Assembly (NCBI RefSeq): GCF_036321535.1
Contig: NC_087447.1
Location: 50,346,001 to 50,410,000, forward strand
From: Camelus dromedarius
Taxonomy: Eukaryota
Direction of reading: 5' to 3'
Length of the DNA stretch: 64,000 nucleotides
Part shown: in pieces, positions 24,601 to 37,879 of the stretch
Layout of the letters: each line of letters starts with the position of its first letter
Numbering within the stretch: the stretch's first letter is position 1
Made by a program: the position numbers and the translations under genes
The notes under the pieces: model-generated
The model's database searches: none
Told to the model about the DNA's origin: nothing
What the model saw: only the letters and a program-made list of their open reading frames with translations

Positions 24601-25169
24601 TTTTTAAAATTAGTGTTTATTTTAACAAATTATCAAGTGAAGGATTTAATTTTTTTCTCTTAATGTGTTAATTTCAAAGAAAGCATGAATTTTGATTTAT
24701 TTGACAAATATTAAATAAGCATCTTGTGTGTGCCAGATGCTATTCTAAGCACCAAGTATACCATAGTGAATAAACAGAAAATCCTACCCTTAGGAGTTGA
24801 CAGACAGCGTTCCCTGCTGTTGAAATGGGCAGAAGGGCTAAGGGAAAGAGGAAACATGAGTGGCTCTTAGGTTTCTCGATTAAGTGGATAGATGATGATG
24901 CCATGCTTGGATCTCCAGGCATCCTTTTACTGAAAGTCTTAACATTAGATCTATCAGTATTTCATATGTTTAAGTTCATAAATTAAATGTAAATTTAAGT
25001 CATCCCTGTGAAAAATATTCAGCGATTACCAGGCAAATGCTGCAAAATTAATAAAATCCTAATAACTGTTATAGGTAGTGATAAGAAAAATCCATTCGGT
25101 TTAAAGTAAACTTTGATAAATGCTTCATACTGCAGAAGCAGTTTATGGTGAACTTTGAGAACTTTAAAA

Positions 25170-26035
25170 AAAAAATAACAGCTTTATTGAGATTAATTCA
25201 CCTGCCATACAATTCACCAATTTGAAGTATACAGCTTCAGTGTTTTTTTAGTATATTCAGAGTTGGGCAGCCATCACTGCAATCAATTTTAGAGTATTTG
25301 CATAGCCCCCAAAAGAAACCCATACCCCTTAGTGATCACCCCTGAAACCACCACCACCCCAGCCTTAGGCATCCACTAAACTAATTTCTGTCTCTATGGA
25401 GTTGCCTATTCTGGTCACTTCATATAAATGGAATCAGAGAATATGTGGTCTTTTGTGACTGGATTCTTTTGCTTAGTATAGTATTTTCAAGGTTCATTCA
25501 CGTTGTAGCATGTATCTGCTCAATTCCTTGTTACAGCTCAGTAATAATCCATTGTGTGGATATACCGTATTTTGTCTTTTCATCAGTTGATGGGCATTTG
25601 GGATGTTCCCACTTTGGGGCTCTTATGAATAATGCTGCCATGAACATTTGTGTACAAGCTTTACATGTGTTTTCAATTCTCTAGGGTGTATACCTAGGAG
25701 TGCAGTTGCTGGGTCATATGGTAAGTATGTTTAAGGATTTGAGGAACTACCAAACTTTTTCACAGTGACAGCACATTTTACATCCTTGCTGGCGGTGTAG
25801 GAGAGTTCCAATTTCTCTGCATCCTCACCAACACTTGCTATAATTTGTCTTTTTAATTATAGCTGTGCTAGTATGTGGAGTGGTACATCATTGTGGTTCT
25901 GATTTACATTTCCTTGATGGCAAATAATGACTGTTTTCTCATGTGCTTATTGGCCATTCGTACATCTGTGGAGAAATGTCCTTTGCCTATTTCTCAATTG
26001 AATTGTTTTCTATTTTATTATTTGAATTAAGAACT
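25170..26035 (-). mobile_element. L1 (L1MB-like) 3' end fragment
   Basis: 'aacagctttattgagat..aattcacc..tttgaagtatacag', 'atgaataatgctgccatgaacatt' and 'catcctcaccaacacttg' are L1 3' consensus motifs. Confidence 0.85.
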
Positions 26036-27169
26036 TCTGAAGTACAAAAATATTGCTACTCTTAAGAGAAAAGTAAGATACTCTGGAAATTAATTCATCA
26101 GTCTTAAAGCCTTAATTAGATTCTGGTTCTTCTCTAACGTAACAAATGGCTAAACATCCTTAAAACTGTATAGAGCTTTATAGTTGAAAATGCTTTTAAA
26201 TACATTTCTTTGTGAGGTTCTGTCAATAGCCTGCTGGGACAGGAGACCTCGGTAGCACCTGTGATAGTGTAAGGGAAGTAGTAGTCAGGTGGTCTGGATT
26301 TAAGCCCCAGGGTCCTCTATTTATTGAGAATATGAATTTGAGGAAGTCACATTCCCATAATACAAAGTGAGTATTTCTGACCCCATAGGGTTATTGTGAA
26401 GACTAGATGAAATAGTGAATGTAAAAATGCCAGAGAGAGTTAGGCGCCCTATTTTTTCGAGTCTAGTATTTATACCACTCCCACTTTATAAATAGAGAAC
26501 TGAGGGCCCAGAGACAAATGATGTACCAAAACTCACAGACTGACTGCTGATCGGCATTGTGCTGAGCCACGAGTTGCTACTTTCCACAGAGGAGTGTGTA
26601 CCACCAAACTCAAGACTGGCCTTTGGAAGGACAGAGGAACTTGGCATTGGTCTGTAACGTGCTCTTTTCACCAGCCTTACATGCCTTCACACAGAGGTGC
26701 TCAATTCAGTTTGAGTTTAATTATGTGTCACAAACTCCAGGTAAGAGGAAGTAGAGAAAAAGCACCATATAAGCAAGGCCTTTCCAAGAAAGGACAGTGA
26801 AAAAACAGTCTGCCGTCTCTGCTTGCAGGTTTATAAGCCTTTAAGTAAGCAAGCCTTGATGACCTATATATTGAAAAAGAATTGAAACAGTTAAGATCAG
26901 ATTTGTACTTGTGAGAAGGCTCACTCTGCCTTTTTCTCTCTTCCTTGCTCACATACACACTGTAACTAAAAACACGTGCTTGCTTTGGAAAAGAGAAAAA
27001 AAAAAAAGCCTAACAAGCTTGGGTTTGAATCCTGACAAGCCATGTGCATTTGGACAAGCTCTCTGAGGCTTAAAACAGCAGAAGATGGAGTGATTTGTAA
27101 TGTTATATTATCTAATTCCTACTTTTTAAAATGACTGATAGATGAGCACTACTCTCCCCAAATGGTTCT

Positions 27170-27665
27170 TTCTGACTTTTCTTTCCCTTCCTCTAACAAA
27201 CAGTTCTGGGTACTTTCTGTGTGCAGACATCAGGGATACAGTTGTCAGCCAAGGGGAGGAGCCCCGACCCTCATGTAGCTTCAGCCTAGCAAAGAAGATA
27301 AATTCATCAAATATTACAACTAAATGTATTCAGTGCTAAGTGCTGTGAGGGAGAAATAGTACTCTGATAACATAAATGGGGAGGTTGGGAAGCTTCCCTC
27401 AGGAAGGAGTGATTAAACTATAAGCTAAAGGAAGAAGGTTTAGGCAAAAAGAAGGGAGACAGCTGTCCAATAGATGGGCAGAAGTTACAAAAGCCCTGTG
27501 GTGGGAGAGAAACAGGCCAGTGTAGCAGCTGCATGGAGAGCAAGTGCAGTGAGTGTGGTGGGAACAGAATATAGAGACCGAACTATATGGATCTTGCAGG
27601 TTATGATAAATGTTTGGGTCTTTTTTCTAAAAACAGTGAGAAGTCATTAAAAAGGTTTAAGCCAT
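27170..27665 (-). mobile_element. L2 LINE fragment
   Basis: L2-type motifs 'aagtgctgtgagggagaa' and 'aacagtgagaagtcattaaaaaggtttaagc'. Confidence 0.6.
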
Positions 27666-28609
27666 TGAGGCTAATAAAATGAATTAATATATTTACAAAA
27701 TATTTGGAATCATGTTGGTCCATTGGAACAGAAAAAATGTATTTTTACATTTCATTTTTGATGCCGGTCTCATCTCCTTATGTCCATTTATCTAACATCT
27801 TCAATGGTTCCCTTGTACTATATTACGAATCTGGCATTCAAGAGTCTTAGCCAAAGCTTCAACCTATGTTTATAGATCCATAACACATTTCACTACCCTG
27901 ACCTGCTGCCTACCTCCCCCACCACACACACAACTTAAGCTCTGCATTTGAGAATCTCACTCATTCTTCAAAACCCTCCTTCACTAAAACTGCCCAGATC
28001 TCTTCAAGGAGGATTCATCCCACCCCACTGCTAGGTTCTTCTAGCATTTTGAGGGAAACATGGGGTTTACTTAGCACTTAAGATTAGTTGCCTACTGTGA
28101 ACTATTTGCATTGCATATGGATCTTCTTTATAGGTGAGGATTCACATTTTATTTTTATTAATTTACCAAATTTCTTTGTAATACCTGATAGGTATTCCAG
28201 GTGTGCACCATCACACAATGTGAGAGGTTTCTTTGTAATCCCCCACAGTGCCTCTCTGAGAATCCTTGAAATGCAGTATTCTAGGGAGACATTCTGAAAA
28301 ATTCAGCCTGAAGTGAGAGGTGCTGAGCTCTCAGTTCTTTTTCTCTGATGTCCTTGAATTGAATCTCAAGGCTTAATAGTCAAGTTTGTTAGAAAGACTT
28401 TAGTGAGGTCATTGATGATCTTGGTAAGGTCACTCTCAAATTTAAGTCAAAAGCATCCTGTTTGGATTTCACAGATCAATTGCTGTTCCCTTGCATGATA
28501 GTTTGCCAGCGTCTGTGCTAACCTACATCCCTTCTCACCCTGCACAGTCTTCCTGAGGCTATCATCTGTGCTATAACTTCAACCTCCACCTATATATGGA
28601 TTAATTAAT

Positions 28610-29078
28610 TATTAACTGTTAACACTTTTTAGCATTTATTTTGTCCCAAGCACTGTTCTAGCCCCTAGGGATAAAGCAATGAGCAAAATAGTGGGAGAAA
28701 GAAAAAACCCTGCCTCATACAGGTAACATTCAAAATGGACAATAAATATAAACAAAAGACACAGTATCTTAGTGAGAATAAGGAGAAAATGAAGTTGGGA
28801 AGGAGAATATGAAATTCCAGGGTTGTGGGTGTGAAGTTTTAGGTAGGATAGGCAGGGAAGGACTCACTGAGAAAGTGACTTGAAAAAAAAAACTTGAAGG
28901 AAATAAAGGAGTCAGCCAGGCTGATGTCTGCAGGAAGAATGTTCCAGGTAAAGGGGACAGCAAGTGCAAAGGCCTGAGATACATGCTTGGCATGTTCAAA
29001 GAATAGAACAATGAGATAAGATTGGATCAAGTGGGGAGGGAGGGATGAGTAGGACGTGAGGTCAGAGAGACGACTGAA
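28610..29078 (-). mobile_element. L2 LINE fragment (appears to continue at about 34320-34740, beyond the L1)
   Basis: 'tgttccaggtaaaggggacagcaagtgcaaaggcctgag..atgcttggcatgttcaaagaatag' is an L2a-type motif. The second piece starts 'aagattttgtcctgagcaacttggaag'. Confidence 0.7.
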
Positions 29079-31817
29079 AGCTATTCCCAGTTTTCTGAGT
29101 GTTTTTATTATGAAATAGCGTTGGATTTTGTGAAATGCTTTTTATGTATCAACTGAGATGATCATGTGGGTTTTTCCCTTTGTTCAGGTAGTGTGTAAAT
29201 TTTTTTTTCTAATGCCGTATCACTATTGCATTCCTGTTATAAATCCCACTTGGTTATGGTATGTAATCCTTTTAATATGCTGCTGTTGGATTCAACTTGC
29301 TAGTATTGTGTTGAGGATTCTTGTAACCTTATACCTGAGGAATATTGGTGTGTAATTTTTTTGATCATGTCTTAGGTGGCTTTGGTATCAGGGTAATGTT
29401 GGCCTCATAGAATGAGTTAGGAAGTGTTCCCTCTTTCATTTTTTGGAAAAGTTTGAGAAGGATTGGTAATAATTCCTTAAATGTTTGGTAGAATTCACCA
29501 GTGAAGCTAGCTGGTCCTGGGCTTTGTCTTTGTTGGGAGGTTTTATTGATTTAACCTCAGGTTATAGGTCTGTTGAGATTTCCTATTTTTTTCTTCAGTC
29601 AGTTTAGGTAATATGTGTGTTTCTAGGAATTTGTCTATTTTATCTAGGTAATCGGATTTGTTGATGTACAATTGTTCATGGTATTCTTATAATCCTTTTA
29701 TTTCTGTAAGGACAGCAGTAATATCGCCAGTTTCATTTCTGATTTTAGTTGTTTGCACCGTCTTTTTTCTTTGTCAGTACTTTAAAGGGTTGTCAGTTTT
29801 GTTGATCTCTTCCAATAACTGACTCTTTGCTTCATTGATTCTCTCTAATGTTTTTCTATTCTCTGTTTTATTTATCTCCATTCTATTTATTATTTCCTTT
29901 CTTTTGCTAGCTTTGGGTATAGCTTTTCTTCTTTTCCTAGTTTGTCAAGGTGTAAAGTTAGGTTATTGATTTGAGACCTTTCTTCTTTTTTAACGTAGGC
30001 ATTTACAGCTATAAATTTCCCACAAGCATTGCTTTTGCTGTATTCCATACATTTTGGTATATTGCAGATTTTTTCATTCATCTCAAGGTATTTTCTGGTT
30101 TCTCTTGTGATTTCTTCAGTCATTGGTTATTTAAGAGTGTGTTGTTTAATTTCCACATATTTATGGATTTCTCAGTTTTACTTCTGTTATTGATTTCTAT
30201 CTCCATTCCACCATAGATGTTCTGTCCATGATTGAAAGTGGTATACTGAAGCCTTCACAAGTCTCTGTTATTGTAGAGCCGTCTATTTCTCCCTTCAGTT
30301 CTATTAATACTTGCCTCATATATTCTGGAGCTCTGGTGCATATATGCTTATAATTACTATGTGTTCTTGATGAATCAACCCCTTTATCAGTATATATTGT
30401 GCTTCTTTGTCTCTTAACAGTTTTTACTTAAAGTCTATTTTGTATGATATTAGTATAGTCACTTCAGCTCTCTTTTGGTTACCATTTACATGGAATATAT
30501 TTTTCTGTCCTTTCACTTACAATCTATTTGTGTCTTTGGATCAAAAAGAATCTCTTATGGATAGCATATTGAATCATTTTTAATTCCATCTGTCAATCTG
30601 CTTTTTGAATGGAGAGTTTGATCTATTTACATTTAATGTAATTACTAACAAGGAAGGATTTACTCCTGCTATTTGGTCTTTGTTTTCCGTATGCCTTATA
30701 CCATTTGTGTCCCCCATTTCCTCCATTACATCCTTCTTTTGTGTTTAATTGATTATTTATAGTGAAATGTTTTGATTCCTTTCTCAATTCCTTTGTGTAC
30801 ATTTTTTAAATATGTAGATATTTCTTTTGTGGTTACCATGGGGATTATATTGAATAACCTAAAATTATAGCAATCTAGTTTGAATTGATACTGACTTAAC
30901 TTCAGTAGTATACAAAACTGCCCCTATAAAACTTCATCTCTTCTTTGTGTTATTGTAATCATAAATTACATCTTTCTACATTGTGTGCTCAATAACATAG
31001 ATTTATATTTTTATTGCATTTGTCTTTTAAATTATGTGATGTAACAAGCAGAGTTACAAACCAAAAATATAATAATAATGGCTTTTGTATTTGCCTATGT
31101 AGTTACCTCTATTGGAGATCTTTATTTCTTCATATGGCTTCAAGTTACTGTCAAGTGGCCTTTTGTTTCAACCTTGGACTCCCTTTATCATTTCTTTTAG
31201 GGAAGATCTAGTAGTAATTAAATCTCTCGGCTTTTGTTTATCTGGAAATGTTTTAATTTCTCCCTCATATTTGACAGTTTTGTCAGATACTGAATTATTG
31301 ATTGACAGTTTTTTTCTCCTTTCAGCACTTTTAATATGTCATCCCACTGCCTTCTGAGTGCCATGGTTTCTGGTGAGAAATTGGCTGTTAATCTTATTGA
31401 AGAGCGCTTGTATATGACAAGTTGCTGCCCTCTTACTTCTTTCAAGATTGTCTTTTTGTCTTTTGATAGTTTGATTATAATGTGTCTTAGTGTGGATCTG
31501 TAAGTTTATCCTACTTAGAGTTCACTGAACTTTTTAAATGTGTAGTTTCATATATTTCATCTAACTTGGGAGGTTTGGGCTGTTATTTCTTCTTCAAATA
31601 TTCTTTCTGCCCTATTTTCTTTTTCTTCTCCTTCTGGGACTTCCATAATGCATATATTTATCCATTTGATAGTTTCTCACAAGTCCCATAGGCTCTGTTC
31701 ATTTTTCTTCATTCTTTCCTCTTTCTGTTCCTTGGACTGGATAATTTCAGTTATCTTCAAATTCGCTGATTCCACCTTCTGCAGTCTCAAATTTGCTGTT
31801 GAACCACCTAGTGAAGT

Positions 31818-32740
31818 GTAAAAAGAAAACTAACTTACCCATATTTCCCCATTCCCCCAGCCCCTGGCAACCACCATTCTACTCTCTGCTTCTATGAGTT
31901 CTACTTTTTTAGATTCTACATGTAAGTGAGATCATGCAATATTTTTCTTTCTGTGTCTGGCTTATTTCATTTAGCATAATGTCCTCCAGTTTCATCCATG
32001 TTGTTGCAAATGGCAGTATTTCCTTCTCTTTAAAGGCTGAATAATATTTTGTTATATATGTGGAATACACACCCCAGATTTTCTTTATCCATTCATTTGT
32101 TGTTTTACATATGTGTATTTATTGAAATATAGTCACTTTACAATGTTGTGTCAATTTCTGGTGTACAGCATAATTCTTTAGTCATACATGAACATACATG
32201 TATTCATTTTCATAGTCTTTTTCACCATAAATTACTACAAGATGTTAAATACAGTTCCCTGTGCTATACAGTAGAAACTTGTTGTTTATTTTATTTATAG
32301 TAGTTAGTATCTGCAAATCTTGAATTCCCAATTTATCCCTTCCCACCCATTTCCTCCCCGGTAACCATAAATTTGTTTTCTGTGTGAGTCTGTTTCTGTT
32401 TTGTAATTAAGTTTGTCTTTTTTTTTTAGATTCCACATATAAGTGATATCATACGATATTTTTCTTTCTCTTTCTAGCTTACTTCACTTAGAATGACAAT
32501 CTCCAGGTCCATCCATGTTGCTGCAAATGGCATTATTTTATTATTTTTTATGGTTATCCATTCATTTGTTGATGCACACATGTCTTAGCTATTAGGAATA
32601 ATGCTACAATGAACATGGAGTGCAAATATCTCTTCAAGATACTGATTTTATCTCCTTTGGATATGTACCCAGAAGTGGGATTGCTGGCTTATATGATAGT
32701 TTTATTTTTAATTTTTAAGAAAACTTTATACTGTTTTCCA
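31818..32740 (-). mobile_element. L1MA-like 3' fragment inserted in the older L1
   Basis: 'cccctggcaaccaccattctactctctgcttctatgagtt' motif, flanked by tgaagt at 31812-31817 and 32741-32746. Confidence 0.75.
32103..32553 (-). mobile_element. Younger 5'-truncated L1 3' end with an 18-bp TSD
   Basis: ttatccattcatttgttg at 32085-32102 and 32554-32571; 'tacagttccctgtgctatacagtag' is an L1 3' UTR motif. Confidence 0.85.
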
Positions 32741-33905
32741 TGAAGTTTTTATTTTAATAATTATATATTTCATCTCCAGAATTTCTGTTTGGTTCCTTTT
32801 TATTGATACTCTCATTTTATTTTTATATCATTTTCCTTATTTCCTTTAGTTCTTTATCCATGTTATCCTTTATCTCTTTGAGCATATTTAAGACAGTTAT
32901 TTTAAAGGCTTTGTGTGGTAAGTCCAATGTCTGGGCCTTCTTAGTGACTATTTAAGTTAATTTTGTTCCTCTGAATGGGTCATTCTTTTCTGTTCATTTG
33001 TTTACTCTGATTTTTTGTTGTTGTTGTTGAAAAGTGAACATCTGAATATTATGATGTGGTAACTCTGGACATCAGATTTTTCCTTTCCCCCTGGGGTTTG
33101 CAGAGGTTTTTTGTTTGTTTGGTTTGGTATAGTTTATTCTATTGTTAAAGGCTGTGGTTATGGTGGCTCACTTGTCGAGTGACTTCTCCTAACTATTTTT
33201 TTCAGAGACTGTTTTCCTTTTCATGTGTGGTCACTGAAGTCTCTATTTCTCAGCATGTATTCAACTGGTGTTTTGATAGAGATTTCCATAAACCCTAGGA
33301 GCTAAGCACACATACGCACACACACACGCACACACACACACACCTCTTGGGATTTGCAGATTGGCTTTGTACTGTGACCCTTATTCAACACCCAGCATCC
33401 ACTGAGCCTAGGGACTGTCCTGAGGTGAAAGCTTGAGGTTGTCTCATTTTTTTTTTTTTTTTGAAGCATGTGCATGGCTTTCTAAATTTTTCCTTATATA
33501 CGGGTGCTTTTGAACGCTCTAGTTTCCCCAAGAAACTCTCTCCCCAGCTTTTCTTCCCAGTCCTTAGGTGGTTTATTGATGTCTCAATCATAATCTTTTG
33601 CTATAGGTGTCTGCAGGTTATTTATCAGCCTTACCATGTTTTGAAGCAACGTCTTCTGCTTTTTCAGCCTGGTGAGTTCTGATTTAGGTGAAACAGTGAT
33701 TAGTGCCTTGCATCAGTCCTTCAAATAGCCCTGAAGCAGATTAGAACAGATGTACACAATAATTTGCAAATAAGATTTGCCGTGCTCCTTCCAGAAGCAG
33801 GAACCAGAGCCCCACACTGGTAACATGGACATCTTTAAGACTGCAGCCAAGCCAGGAAGAGGGTAGGGCAAAGGCTAGTAAGATGCCACAAAGCTTTCCT
33901 ATAGG

Positions 33906-34140
33906 TTTTTTTTTTTTTTTTGGCTCTTTTTTGTTGTTGTCGTAAAATATACATAACATAAAATTTACCATTTTAACCACTTTAAGTGTACAATTCATTG
34001 GCATTATGTACATTCATATTGTTGTGCAATCATTACCACTATCCGTCCCCAGAACTTTTGTATCATCCCCAGCTGATACTCAGTACTCACTATATAATAG
34101 CTCCCATTCCTGCTTCCCCTTGCCCCTATTAACCACTCTG
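33906..34140 (-). mobile_element. Short L1 3' end with poly(T) (antisense poly-A tail)
   Basis: T-run at 33906-33921, then 'aaaatatacataacataaaatttaccattttaaccac..aagtgtacaattca'. A similar fragment lies at about 51490-51635. Confidence 0.8.
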
Positions 34141-36079
34141 CACTTTTCAGGTTGCCTTTTGCTTGATTCAGCATTTGGTTGTTGTGGTAAACATTTGACT
34201 ATATTCCAGAGTCTGACAAAGTTGGTTCTGACAGTTTCTGCTTGTTTTTCAATGTTTCTGTCAGAGGATGGGAGCTTGGAGCTGACTACTTTGCCAGTTT
34301 GCTGGCATCACTATCAACATAAGATTTTGTCCTGAGCAACTTGGAAGAACAGTATAACCATTAACTGAGGTAGGAAAGACTGTGGGAAGATCTAATTTTA
34401 AAGGAAGATATCAAGGGCTTGGTTTAGGATAAATTAAATTCAAGATAACTGTTAGGCATCAAGTGGAGAAGTCAAGCAGATAGGTAGGAAAAAGAAAAAG
34501 AAGAAGAAGAAGAAGAAGTCTAAGGTCTGATCCCACGGGCAGTCCAGGACATAGGGGTCAGGAACATTAGGCAGAATCAGAAGATGAGGCAGAGACTGAG
34601 AAGGAGTGGCCAGAAGAATGAGATGTAAAGCTGGAGACTGAGCTCGCAGTGTCTCGGAAACAGATAAAGAAAGCTGCTAAGTGAAATAAAATGAAAACAT
34701 AGAGTTAGCCATGTGAAGTCACTGGTGAAAATTTATAATGTGGGAGAGAGGATTGCTCATGCACTGTTCTTGAATAGTGGGAACGGATGGGATTCGTGGA
34801 GGCGCTAGATTCATCCATTACAACAGAAGAGAAAGAAGACACTGAGGAACAGAAGCAGGTAGGTGTTAAATAACATTTGCTTCAATTTTCTGATGAGTCT
34901 CAAATCCATTTCTATAATATTGTCTCTTCCCTGAGCCAGAAACCACTGCCTTGAGACATCCCCAACTTGTAGGGTTTCCTACAAGTACTTCAGCCTCAAG
35001 GTGTCCCCAGCCAAGAAAGACCAACTCCTTTTCTTCTAATTCCTGGTTTCTGCTGTGTTGCCACCTGTCATGGCTTCCCCATCCAGCAGAGAAGAGGAAG
35101 AGTCAGGTTTTGGGGTGGGTGGAGACCTCAATAAAAAAGCAACCCCAGAGCTGATGCTGGATGAAGGGGAGACATCTTCCGTGGGCAAGGGGGAAGGAGA
35201 ACAAAATAGGCAGATAACCCAAAGATGGAGTGGGGAATTGGGCTTGGGTGTGGGGTGACTAGGGAGCAGTAAGCTCAGAGCAGTCACCAGAGGCCATTAC
35301 ACACCCAAAGGCCAACAAAGCATTCTGTTAGGATCCCATGGAGTTATTCATGCTTTGTTACAGGATCTAAAGGGCTGTTTATCTTGAGTTTTTCTCCATA
35401 GCATTAGATTGTTGTCCTGCTGGAAGAAGGACCCTGACAAGCCCTTTCACCTCCTGGGCCTTGCGCTGGCTGTTCCTTCCTACTACACAGCACTTACCCC
35501 TGATCGTTGACCAAACCTCTCCTCACCCTGCATCTCCAAGGTCTCCTCCAGAGAAGCTTTCCCAGATTCTTTCCCCCTTAGCCTCCTCATCTACATCTCC
35601 TTTATAGCTCTTCTATATTTTCATTTTGGCTGCCAATTTTTGCTCCATGAAAGTTTTGCTCTGACAGTTGGATTTATCTTCATGTCCCTAGAGCAGGACC
35701 TGGTGTGGATGAGGCATCAACAAGTTTGTTGATCAACTATATATTAAAAAAAAACCAGACCATTCTGGTCCCGGGGCTCTGCCCACAGGTGCACAAATGC
35801 TTATGAACATTAAAATGCACAAGCAAATCCCAGAAATAACATCCTTGTTGCAAGTTGTTTTTGGATGAGGATGTTATTGTTGTGAGAAGTTTGTGTACAG
35901 CCTCTCTGGACTCAGGACAGTGACCATCTCTGCTGTCATTTGTTCTGTCACTTCAAAGTGCAGGAAAACCATGGTTGGTGATTTTAGAATCTAATTCAGA
36001 ACACTCAGGGAATGAGTCATATCGTACTGACGCCTTTTCCGGGTTGCCACAGGTTAAATAAACTAAGCAACAGGACATG

Positions 36080-36080
36080 G

Positions 36081-36121
<41 letters not shown>

Positions 36122-36128
36122 ATTGTTA
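36080..36128. repeat. (GTT)n trinucleotide microsatellite
   Basis: About 14 perfect GTT units plus a degenerate end. Confidence 0.95.
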
Positions 36129-36429
36129 ATTTTAACCTCTTTAAAAGGTAAATTTCAGAAATCCATTATCATACTATCCTGAACATGATTCTACCATCTC
36201 TTGTTTTTTTAGAATCATTATTATGAACATAGTTATAGTAATTTTCCAGCGCAGCAATGAGAATACGCAGCCAAAGGAGTAAGAGGAGGCGTAACTCAGG
36301 CTCAGTCCCTCCCTGGAGCAGATTCAGACTGGAGCCTGAAATCTATGGTAGAGGCAGCTGAGCTGCCCCAGAAGTCAGAGGGGTAAGTGAGGGAGCAGAG
36401 GCAGGCCCCGGCCCAAGCACAGGACCAGG

Positions 36430-36590
36430 GAGTCTGCCGCTTCTTTGTGCATTCGAACTACTCGGGGATTTGTTAAACGCAGTTTCTGAATCAGTAGATT
36501 CAGATTCAGTTCTGGGCTGGGATCTGAGTTCTGCATTTTTAACAAGATCCCAGCGATGCCACTGCCGCTGGATCACAGAGAACACTTTCA
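36430..36590. mobile_element. MER5A-like hAT-Charlie DNA transposon fossil (similar at about 41270-41560 and 53620-53755)
   Basis: 'gattcagttctgggctgggatctgagttctgcatttttaacaagatcccag' is the MER5A motif. Confidence 0.7.
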
Positions 36591-37214
36591 ATATCAGGTG
36601 TTTAGCTGACCTCCCAGAGGTTTGCTTGTGATCTTGCGTGGGTTTTATGGGGAAGCTGTCTGCAGCGAGTCTTTGTCTGGGGCATCTTACAAGTACCAGG
36701 TGGCAGTATAATCCGTCCACGCACACAGTGCTCTGAGCTTATACAGCGCTCTCACCTGCCTGTTTCTCTTCATTCTCACAACAGTCCTGGGAGATAAGTT
36801 AGCACCATTTTGCCAACTGGGAAACCAGTTCCTGACACTTCACAGCTCACTAAAAGGGTGGAGCTTGGGCTCATGGCTCCACGTTTAGTGTTCTTTCCAC
36901 TGCTTCTTGCTGCCTCCTCTGTGTCTGTGCTGTGGGCCATACACAGCCCCATGGACTTGGAGCGGCGCGAATGCTGTGGGGGAGATGGTTGTGTGTGCAC
37001 ACACACGTGGGTGCCTGTCTTAAATCCAAGGCTGATGGGCAGCTGTAGCACACGGGGCTCATGTGGTCTCATGTGGGACACTCTGACTGAGCATGGCATT
37101 CCCCTCCCCCTCAGAGCTCCCTCTCAGACGATGACCATATTACAGACTGTGTCCTGGGCTCACAAGCAGCCGTGAGCATCTGCAGCGGATGCGGAAATGC
37201 TGTTGGTGCCCACT

Positions 37215-37628
37215 CACCACCCATTTAGCCTTTCCATTTCAGGGCAGGCTGGCCAGACTCCATCGGCCAGCGTCAGCCTCCCTGCCTGAGGGCTTCCTCT
37301 GGCACAGGGGCCTGCTCTGCTCTGCACAGGCACTGAAGAACTGGGAAATCTATGGTCCACAGTCGTCCAAGGACTGATGGGAGTTGATGTAAAAATAACC
37401 CAGCTCTCTCATCTCTTAATGTAGGATAACTCTGAAGCAATTTCTCCACATTAAGCCCCAGTTACCCACAGTGGTAACTTGCTTGGTAATGTTGCCTTTA
37501 TTGGCTGCCTTCCCTTCCCTGCCTTAATTCCCCACTGCTGTAATAGTGTTCTGCGGACCCCCTCCTAAATGAATGACTCTCGTGCAACTCCTTGTCTCAT
37601 GGTCTGCTGACGGAACCCAAATAAGACA
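37215..37628 (+). mobile_element. ERVL LTR16-like solo LTR (start approximate)
   Basis: 'cccagttacccacagtggtaacttgcttg' and the terminal 'ggtctgct..ggaacccaaataagaca'. Confidence 0.65.
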
Positions 37629-37879
37629 CTTCTCCCGACCACTATTTCTATTGATCTACTTACATCTGGACCCACATACCTGACTTACCTCTAGTCACAA
37701 TGGAGAAAGTATTCCAGCTCCTTAGTAAGGTCACAGCCTCCACCAAGGACCTGAAATTACATCCTCCTGCTTCTTACGGATTTCCCTCTTGCAATCGTCC
37801 CCTTCCTCTGCAGCACCATCTCTCTTCCTCTCTCCCCCTCGCTCTCCTAGATCATGCCAACCTGCAAACATGCCTTAAC

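Larger units (their letters stand above)
29079..34315 (-). mobile_element. Degenerate old L1 (5' UTR, ORF1 and N-terminal ORF2) with nested younger L1 3' ends
   Basis: ORF track 29890-30123 is L1 ORF2-like (GKFIAVNAYVKKEERSQINNLTLHLDKLGKEE). ORF track 31218-31445 is ORF1-like (IRLTANFSPETMALRRQWDDILKVLK). Many stops and frameshifts. Confidence 0.9.

Noticed and set aside
29890..31445. Active L1 ORFs
   Set aside because: Only short peptide remnants remain, with multiple stops, deletions and nested insertions.
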